Assembly: GCA_951406725.2 (NCBI GenBank)
Contig: OX597822.1
Span: 20,522,001-20,586,000 of the forward strand
Direction: 5' to 3'
Length of the DNA: 64,000 nt
From: Octopus vulgaris
Lineage: Eukaryota
A model generated the notes under the pieces. The model was not told where the DNA came from. It ran no database searches and saw only the letters and a list, made by a program, of their open reading frames with translations. The position numbers were made by a program, and so were the translations under genes. How positions within the stretch are numbered: the first letter of the stretch is position 1; each line of letters begins with the position of its first letter. This document shows positions 54,395 to 64,000 of this stretch, piece by piece.

Positions 54395-55950
54395 GTTAAT
54401 AATACATAGTAGGGTTTGCCGGATTTGCTTCATATATGTACTGTTTCTGCCAGGGCTCGCCGGATTTGCTTCACATATCATTGTGGAATGGCATTCTTGG
54501 TCATCACGGCATTGGGAGATGCAATGCCAATGGCCAGTTCCGCCTGGGCCTTTGCGCCGAACACGAACTCATCATCACCAACTTTCTATTTCGACTCCCT
54601 ATCCGACAAAAAATGACCTGGAAACACCCACGGTCTAAACATTGACGCATCCTCAGCTACGTTCTGACAAGATCCAGGGACAGACGAGATGTACGCATAC
54701 CGAGATGCAAAACTCCATATGTTCCATACCTGGTGCAGATGACTACTGGACGGATAACCGCTTTCTTATTTCTGGCCTTGACATCAAGATCCGCTGCCCA
54801 CCAAAGTGGGTCTCAGAAAACATCCCTTGCCGACGCTTCGACTGCGCCAAACTCCGGAACTTACAGGCATCCCAAAACTTCAGGGAATCCATTGAGAGAC
54901 ACCTGATGGACCTCCCAGAGCCAACTTCCATTGATGATCGTTGGACCAACCTTCGTGAAGTCATGACCGCTGCCGCCGAGGAGACGATCAGCTTTGCCCG
55001 AAAGAAGGACCAAGACTGGTTTGGTGAGAATGATGAAACCCTCTCTCGTTTTATCGAAGCCATACTCAGGATGCACCTAGTCCTCGAGAACCATACCACT
55101 GCGGGGAACAATCGAAAACACCAGCAAGCACCAGCGAGTTGCCAGCGAGGAATTCGAGAAGCTCAGAACACCTAGTGGCAGAGGAAAGCAGAGGAGATGC
55201 AAAACTATATGGACCAACGAGACTTGCGCAGCTTTTCTGCTGCAACTAAGATCTTCGGCCTTACAAGGTCATCAGCGGACGGCTTGAATAATGCAGCTGG
55301 CTCTGCGATAACCGACACCCGGTGAATCCTCGATCGCTGGAAATTCTATTTTGAGTACCTACTTAATGACCACTCACGCACACTTGACGATCTCCTCCTA
55401 AACCCCCCACAGCTCCCCATCTGCCACCCTCACACCATGAGTTCAACAAGGCACTTGCGCGCATGGAGCCGGGGGAAGGTCCAGGATCAGACAACATCCC
55501 GTTTGAGCTTTTCATGCACGGAGGTCCTGAGCTGAGAAATCATCTGATGCTTCTTATCCCCAAGATCTGGGAAAGCAAGATCACTTCCGTGATGCGATTA
55601 TCATTACCATCTACCAGAAGGGAGACCGAGAAGATTGCAAGAACTATCGGGGCATCTCACTCCTGAGTATTGCAAGTAAGATCTTCGCCCCTATCCTACT
55701 CAATCGCCTCCTCATCCTTGCGGAAGACGTCCACCTTGAGTCCCAGTGTGGCTTTCGAATGAGGAGGCAAAATATAGGAGAAGGAGCGTCTTCAACGTCT
55801 TCGACCTGCACCGACCATCCCGTGCGAGTTCTGTCCACGACTCTTTCATCACCGACTTGGACTCCAAAGTCGCTTTCGGCGCAAACATCAGCCGAGGAGA
55901 CTGGATGGCAACTGACGAATCTAATGCTCAGATACGAGCTGGAGCCGAAT
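54395..55950 (+). mobile_element. RTE-clade LINE, 5'-truncated, internally deleted and pseudogenised
   Basis: [34 protein letters not shown] (APE); DWFGEND; GPGSDNIPFE, NYRGISLLSIASKI, ESQCGFR (RT start); then jumps to PCEFCPRLFHHRLGLQS (C-terminal finger). Confidence 0.85.
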
Positions 55951-56778
55951 ATATACATTTAGTATGATTCACAGATGATTCTTAATTTAATGCCGTTTTA
56001 GTTGCGTACACTGACTTATTCTACTGCCCGGCAAGCGCATACAATACCAGTGAATGTATTATTCACTGTTCCATATATATCGAAGACATTTGACCTAGGA
56101 CAATTCCACAACTCTATGCCTTCTGGCGGCATGTATACATTTAGCATGATACATATATTACATTGAATTGAAATTTTTCTGTTAGTAAAATTGTGTTATC
56201 CTGAAGACCATTCGACTAAATGGAACATAAAAGCAACACAGACAACTTCTATGTGTGCAACAGCATCACCTCTACATGCATGTGAGCAGTATTCCAGTGT
56301 GAATTGCACATGAGCTTGAAAGAGATTCAACAACTGAACAGTGTCAAAATATTTTGTTTAAATGCATTATTAAGCATTAATTGCATTGAAGTGCAATCTA
56401 ACACTATCAATTGAACTACATTATCAAACAATCAGATGGTTTCTCATGGCAACCAATACACATTAACATTATCAAAATTGCATTCCAAAGTGTATAGTTT
56501 CTCTTCTGGATCAGTTCTACAGAGAAACTTTAGTGTTTGCAATACAGGTTTGATAATGTTACATATGTGTGGTTGTCATGAAAAATCAATCAGTTTGTGA
56601 ACTACAATGCTTATATTCATTACATAGAAGAATGGAAAAATTAAACTATATTTCTCCCTCTCCCATATTTCCAATGTCTCTCAAATACAACACTATAGCA
56701 TCATATATATTTCAATTTCAAATTTTCCTTCAGCAGCAACATTTCAACATTATTTCTTACATACAACACTCATTGCAA

Positions 56779-57178
56779 TCTATATATATATAAAACTAAG
56801 AATGTGTGTGTCTGTCTGTCTGTGTGAATCCCTAAAACTTGAGAACTACACAACTAATTTCATTCAAATTTTACACATGCCTTACTTAGGGTCCATGTAG
56901 TGTCATGGGCAAAGAAATGTTTAACTTCTTGCCTAGGGCGAGCCCACACCAATATGACAACTTCCCCAGTATTTCAGTATTGCGTGTTAAAATTGAAGCA
57001 AAAGCATCTCTCTATTGTATGTATATGGATGTATATATATATATATATATAAAATTAGATAGGGGTTGTAAATTCAATAATATAACTGCTGTTGTGTAAT
57101 GGTTTAATAAAGTACTGATTGGGTATTATCTGATGGTTGATGATTGATTTAGGTATATTTCTCCATATTCTCATTTTG

Positions 57179-57209
<31 letters not shown>

Positions 57210-57413
57210 ATATATAGATGTATATGTGTACATGTATATGCATAGCTGTATATGTATATATGTATATGTATAGATGTATTTCTATAGACATGCATGTATA
57301 TGTAAACATGTATGTCTAGATGTATATATAGATGTATATGTAATATGTACACATAAATATATGCATATATATACATGCATACATATATACACCCATACAC
57401 ACACACCGATCCA

Positions 57414-57444
<31 letters not shown>

Positions 57445-57887
57445 CATAGGTGCAGGTATGACTGTGTGGTAACAAACTTGGTTCCAAAACACATGGTCCT
57501 CAGTTCAGTCCCACTGTATGGTAACTTGGCGTGTGTCTTCTGCTATAGCCTGAGACCAAACAAAGCCTTGTCAGTGGATTTTGTAGACAGAAACTGAAAG
57601 AAATCAATTGTATGTATATGTATGAATATTTGTAAGTCTATGTGTGTGTCTTCGTGTTTCTCCCTCATCACTGCTTCACAACTGGTGTTCGTTTATTTAC
57701 ATCCCCATAACTTACTGGTTTCACAAGAAGAAACTGATAGAATAAGTACCAGGCTTATCAAAATATAAAAAAGCACTACGAAGTGTCTCATATTTTTGTT
57801 TGCCCACTCAGTTGTATCTATCAATTTATCTTTGTGTGTGTTTGTGTATGTGTGTGTGTGTATACATATATATATACATACATGTAT

Positions 57888-57975
<88 letters not shown>

Positions 57976-58494
57976 CATAGTTCTTGAACCGGTACTTCAA
58001 GTAACGACTAGGGTAGGGTAACTGACTGCTTATTGTGATCATTCGTCTTTTGGTTTCCGGTAGCTTTGCTCTCTTTTACAAACCCAGTGAACATATATTT
58101 CCTATTTCAAAGAAATTCAAACAATAGATTTAAGACCCAAGTTAAAAAGATTTTCAACAATTCAAATTCTCTGGTTGACATTAAGATGCCCACCCCCAAC
58201 AAGGGCCTTAACTCTCACATTTTAGAGCTCCATGACCTTCATTTTTTAGAAGCAAAATCTTTTTAACAGGTTCAATAGCACTGAAATTTTGGAATATGCG
58301 CATAAAAATCAGTAGTATGGGATACATGTAGCACGATTACAAATTTTTTAGGGTGTGTAAAGAGGGAAATAACCCACATCTGCAATTTTGATGAAATTCG
58401 AAACATAGATATTCCAGTTCATTACAGAGAATATAACAGAAAAGTCTAATTCTTCAACTGAATGTAACCGGGCAACGCCGGGTATCTCTGCTAG
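56779..58494 (+). mobile_element. Non-autonomous Helitron with nested SINE B (~57448-57760) and microsatellites
   Basis: 5' A|TCTATATATATATAAAA; 3' GC hairpin CCGGGCAACGCCGGG (58468-58482) followed by CTAG|T; A/T target site, no TSD. Confidence 0.8.
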
Positions 58495-58639
58495 TATTAT
58501 TATACACGATTCGCTATTAATAATAAAAAAGAAAAAAGAAAAAGAAAAAGCAGCATATAATCTAAGATATATGTTATCTTGGGTCTTGTGATAATTTTTT
58601 TATTAAATATATTCGTAAATAATAGCTTCCTTGAACTGA

Positions 58640-59530
58640 AAGAGAAATCTAAACAACCCAATTATTTATTCACTGTAATTTCAAGGGAACAGATTACAGG
58701 AGGTGTTCCTGTACTCCACTTTGAAAAGATTGCATTCACTTGAACATAATTTATATACAATATTCACACCAAAATTGACCTGTTCCTCTTTGCTCCAGTT
58801 CAGAACTTCTCCACTATACTTGAAAATAGACAAAGGCCATGTATATAAGGTTTGCCTTATTTCTACTATTTAGATTTAAATACTACAATCAAGTATTGCT
58901 TTCATCTTTACTTTTCTTTATCATATCTGTCTTCATCATAGCTTAGTATTTATAGCCAAACGTATCTACTTTTTTTTTATTAGTTTCTTATCTAGTAATT
59001 TTTGTTCCATTATATTTATCTCCTTCCAATATCTAGACTTTTTAATCCCGTTTTCTATCTCGTTACCTTCTCTAAACTCAATGCACTGTTTGCACTAAGA
59101 TCTTCTATTTGATCTTCCTTCTTAGCAAACAGCTTCAATTCATCCATAAATAGAAGCTGATTGATTTTTATGCTGCTTGTCTTTCATTATATACACGTAC
59201 CCTACCCATTCATCATGGTAATGTTAGAGGTGTCAAATAGAATATAAAAAGCAAACGGCACAAACAGTCACCCTGTCATATTCCCCAACTGATCTAAATA
59301 TTGCTTAGATATTTACAAGAATTCTTTAGTTTTGTTTTCCCTATAGCTCATACACATTATCAACTTTCATATATTTTTGTTATCCTCCCATCGTATCAAA
59401 ACATTCTCTGTTATCGAGAATCGAGGAATCGTGTTATATTCAACCCATGATATTCTAATGCTAGTATGTTGCTTTCTGGACCCAGGCATATTAGTTCCTT
59501 TATTAGTAATTGCTTCTTATTTTTGATTTT
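58640..59530 (-). mobile_element. Degraded R4/Dong RT domain
   Basis: KQLLIK, ISWVEY, GI*QGD, INQLLFMDELKLFAK, GYKY, KYSGEVLNWS on the minus strand. Confidence 0.7.
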
Positions 59531-60334
59531 CTACATCATAACTTATGCTCCGTGGACAAGCGCAGAAATGCATTATTTAGTATTACTCTCCTTCCCTCTC
59601 TCTTTCTCTCCCTTTCTCCCCATTTCTCTCTCTCTCTCTCCCTCAATTTGTCTATCAATTTTTCTATCTGTTTGTCTGTCGAGTTAACTATCTACCTGGC
59701 TATCTGTTTGTATGTGGGCGTGTATATACACATGAGCAAGTATGTAGATATATATATATGTATGTATGTTCATGTCTCTGTTAACCCGTTTGTGATGCCA
59801 ACGATGTCCACTTTAATTGCAATATATTTCCGTAGAGCCGTAATGTTCCCTTCTCATATATTTATGACAACTAAAAGCACCATATTTTTCTTTATTATTT
59901 TTATTTTTGTTTTTTATGTTTACCTTTCCTCGTATATTTTGAATACTTTCACACAATTCATTCATTCTCTTTTTCCCTTTCTTCAGCAATCATCAAAATC
60001 CTCCTCCTCCTCCTCCTCCTCCTCCTCATCATCATCATCACCGTCATCATCACCGTCATCACCATCATCATCATTATCATCATCAGCATCAGCATCATAT
60101 CTTCTTTTCCTCTTAATTATAGGATATACTTGATAAGAGAAACATCTTATTATTTCCTCTTTTATTTTCCGACACATAAATCTTAGTTATTATACTGTAC
60201 TAGTGCTTTCGTTTCAATTGCCAATTAGAAAACTGATGAAGAGGATGATGATGTTGATGACGACGACGACGACGATGGCGTGGAAGACGAGTAGGATGAT
60301 AATGATGATGATGTTGTTGTTGATGGTTATGGTT

Positions 60335-61050
60335 TCTGATTTTGACACAGCCATTCGTTGGTAATTATTGTATTAACCACGGCAAGATGAAAGGCGAAAT
60401 TAACCTCGGAGGGATTTGAACTCAGAACATAAAGAAACGTGCCTAAATATTGTAAGGTAATTTTTTCCTTTTACTATTCCGATTCTGTTATTCCACTGCT
60501 CTGGGGATGATGATGATGATGATGATGATGATGAAAATAACGACGACGACGATGATGATGATGATGATGATGGCGGTGGTGTTGGTGATGATGATTTTTA
60601 TTTTCTAATTTAAGCACAATGCCATCAAGTTTTAAGGGAGAATGCTTAATTGATTAGTCGACTCCAGTGCTTTACCAATACTTTATTTCATCGCCTTCGG
60701 AGGGATGAAACATAAATTTTTCTTCAGCAGTATCTGAAATCAGAATGTAAGGACTCAAAGTAAATATCGCACGGCATGTTTTCCAACTCTCTAACTATCC
60801 ACCCCACCCATCATCCTTAATTAAACAATAATTATTTCAGGTTTTGACACAAGACCAGAACTTTTAGAGGAAGGATGTTAGTCGATTACATTGACCCTAC
60901 TACTTTGCTAGTACATTTTTTCATCGACCTCGAAGGGATAAAAGACAAAGTTGACCTCGACGGAATTTGAATTCAGTACGTAAAGTGCAGGAAGAAATTC
61001 CATTAATAATTTTGTTCGACCCGCTAATGATTCTTACATTTCAGTGCCTT
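60335..61050 (-). mobile_element. Three diverged SINE family A copies
   Basis: Repeated blocks of the GATGAAAGGC..AAGT.GACCTCG..GGA.TTGAA.TCAG type, separated by (GAT)n tracts. Confidence 0.6.
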
Positions 61051-61072
61051 AATAATAATAATAATAATAATG

Positions 61073-61215
<143 letters not shown>

Positions 61216-61216
61216 T

Positions 61217-61436
61217 ATGCCCTGATGCAGTACCAGACAGTGGATCTCATGGCTTCTAATCTTAACTGATATAAAAGATGGGCTACAGCAAATATTCTGC
61301 TCAATTCCACAAATTTGATTGTTAGTTGCTTGACCTTAACCAGTTTAGCATGTTCCTTAGTGACTGACGATATGTGTATCTCTGATCACGAGCAGAAGTA
61401 GTGGCGGAGCATCATAGCCATGTGAGAAAAGATTCT
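61217..61436. mobile_element. Partial second copy of the 3145-3703 repeat, after (AAT)n, ending at a SINE B tail (61437-61500)
   Basis: GCCCTGATGCAGTACCAG..GATGGGCTACAGCAAATATTCTGCTC..CTCTGATCACGAGCAGAAGTAGTGG. Confidence 0.75.
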
Positions 61437-61729
61437 AAAGGCGGTGCTCCAACATGGCCACAGTCAAATGACTGAAAAAATTAAAAGAGTAAAAGAGTAA
61501 TGAGAGGAAAACAATGTCTGGTATTATTTCATTGGTATATGCATTGTTGTGGGAAAATCATAGAGCCCCCCCCCCCCCCCCCAAAAAAAAAACAGTGAAG
61601 CACCTCCACCTTCCTATAATAGACAGAATAGTAAGAATAATGCTTGAGCAGTAGGTAAAATGGTGGTACTGCAAGAGAAATGGTAGAGGCTGTCTGGTAA
61701 AGAAGTTCAATTTACAACCATGTGATTTT

Positions 61730-61912
61730 GGGGCGAAGGGAATATTCGATCACGTTGACCCCAGTATTACACTGGTACCTAATTTATCGACCCTGAAAGG
61801 ATGAAAGGCAAAGTCGACCTCGGTAAAATTTGAGCTCAGAACGTAGCAACATCGACAAAATACCGCTAAGCATTTCGTCCAGCGCACTAAGGATTTTGCC
61901 AGCTCGCCGCCT
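61730..61912 (-). mobile_element. SINE family A
   Basis: GCCAGCTCGCCGCC end adjacent to (AAT)n; central block present. Confidence 0.8.
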
Positions 61913-61975
<63 letters not shown>

Positions 61976-62639
61976 CTTGTTTTTAATAGCCTCAAGAGTA
62001 CGTCATGGTACAGAAAAATACGACAAATTCTTTAAACGGGGGAAAACAATGACTTGTGAGAGGATGAACAAATTATCCAAAAATGAGATGAGGGGCTTAA
62101 AACGTCTTACAATTTATAATTGAACGAATTAAAAATTGATAAAATTCAAATATTTACATGGAATAAGTAAAAATAAACAAAATCATTGAAACAAGGCATC
62201 TCTACAAAAATGTTAAAATACATTCTTTTCTTCTTGCTTTGTTCATAGTTGTTGATTCTAAAATCTGTCGTGAAGAGTCAAGCAAGGGCTTCGTATTATT
62301 TTTAGTTACACTCTGGATCTTTAAAACATGATAAATCATGAAGTTCGTCTAAAATTTTTTCTTGTATTCTGTATATTTTATGCTTCTTAAAATGTGATCT
62401 TATTTCCTTCGATCCTTGCTTTGTCTAGAAATTTCTTGTGCAGATTATTTAAGAGTCACATTAGAACTTTATTATTCTCTCGAATGACTGTGAAAGTCAT
62501 TTTGGTTAGGTAGAAGTTGGTTCCACTTCACATTATATTGGCTCTCCTTCATAAAATGCATGTTCTGCCTCAGGCGACAATGTCTCCCCTTCTGTGGAGA
62601 TGTATAAATTTCACTTCGTATTATTTTTAGTTACACTTT

Positions 62640-63033
62640 TACACCTTTACTCTTTTACTTGCTTCAGTCATTTGACTGCGGCCATGCTGGAGCACCGCCT
62701 TTAGTCGAGTAAATCGACCACAGGACTTATTCTTTGTACGTATTCTATTGGTCTCTTTGCCGAACTGCTAAGTTACGGGGACGTAAACACACCAGCATCG
62801 GTTGTCAAGCGATGTTGGGGGGACAAACACAGACACACAAACACACACACACATATATATATATACATATACATATATACGACGGGCTTCTTTCAGTTTC
62901 CGTCTACCAAATCCACTCACAAGGCCCGAGGCTATAGTAGAAGACACTTACCCAAGGTGCTACGCAGTGAGACTGGACCCGGAACCATGTGGTTGGTAAG
63001 CAAGCTACTTACCACACAGCCACTCCTGCGCCT
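62640..63033 (-). mobile_element. SINE family B, full length
   Basis: Reverse complement of 35424-35830. Confidence 0.85.
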
Positions 63034-64000
63034 ATATGTTATGAATGCTTGTTATGAATTTTTGCTCTATTTATTTCTATTTGGCCACTATGTCTAGCAT
63101 GTAGAGCGACTACGTAGTGGATCATTAGGGAATCAAAGTTTTGGGACAGCACTTCTTTAGTCACATGGTGAAAATCAAATTTAAATATTTTAAATAAATC
63201 TCAACTATTCCAAAACGATACTTACTTGTACAGTAAAGCGTTATCAAAATATAATCAAAAGTCTTTGTAAATTTCTGGCGTACAAATTCAAAATTTTCAC
63301 ATCGGTTAAGACAAACAAAGCACATTAGCAATAAAGCTTTATGTAGAATGTGCAATACTGAGGTAAGTGCGCATACAGTCTATTTAACAAAGGCATTCTA
63401 CTGCAGATAAATATAGAAGTATGGTGCTGTAATAAACTCAAATCGCAGCAGATTATCAAAGTATTTTTTTCTCTTAACAAAATAACAACATAAGAACTAC
63501 TGCTGGCAGCATATATTCCGAGCGATGTCCATTGAGGAGAACTTATTAATAGGGAATTTTTCATCAATTGCAGTTCATTTGAAACTACATAAAGCAAAAT
63601 GCACACCACTAAAAAAGAAAATACTATTGCTCTATCCTAACAGAAAGAACCAATAGAAGACATATGCAGTCAGGATTTAGGTTGTTCTACCTTATAATAA
63701 ACGACAAGATTTAATTTTATCACAAATTTTAGAATTAATTCCTGCCGTGAAAACTTATCTGACATGTTGCATCAGTAAAAAAAATTTTGAGTGATGTGAA
63801 TATTAACATTAAAAACTGTTTTACTATTGCAACAAACGGGGGATCAAACTATTGCGACATTAATATCTTCTTTACACGTTACCGAAATTAGATAATCCAA
63901 ACTAGATTCTCCAACAATGCATTTGCCATTTTCTCCAATTACCACGTTCCCATGCTGTTGAAGCAATGCATTCTAACATTGACTATCTGAAAAGAGAAAC

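Noticed and set aside
63120-63170. SAVPKL on the minus strand, resembling the THAP AVP motif
   Set aside because: No upstream C2CH residues or ORF to support it

Overview
AT-rich, microsatellite-saturated eukaryotic DNA. The SINE families, (TA)n/(TATC)n/(TAA)n/(CA)n load and LINE complement point to an octopod cephalopod (inference, not checked by search). No confidently recognisable host gene is present; one plausible terminal exon lies on the minus strand near 41.6-41.8 kb. Recognisable elements: a 5'-truncated Neptune-type Penelope element with an uninterrupted RT/GIY-YIG ORF and a ~3.6 kb CA-rich 3' region; a full-length but frameshifted Tx1-clade LINE with (TATC)n on both sides; R4/Dong and RTE remnants; a non-autonomous Helitron; hAT- and pogo-like MITEs; and three tRNA-derived SINE families in many copies. 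Best leads: (i) four different type I hammerhead ribozyme motifs in short Penelope-pLTR/retrozyme-like units docked in (TA)n, plus an ~870 bp terminally redundant unit; (ii) an apparently GATA-microsatellite-targeting Tx1 whose 3' tail motif recurs inside a dimeric SINE; (iii) apparent partitioning of microsatellite types among retroelement classes; (iv) several locally templated insertions, including 27 nt copied from one identifiable SINE copy ~7.9 kb away. Element boundaries were read by eye and are approximate unless a junction is quoted.
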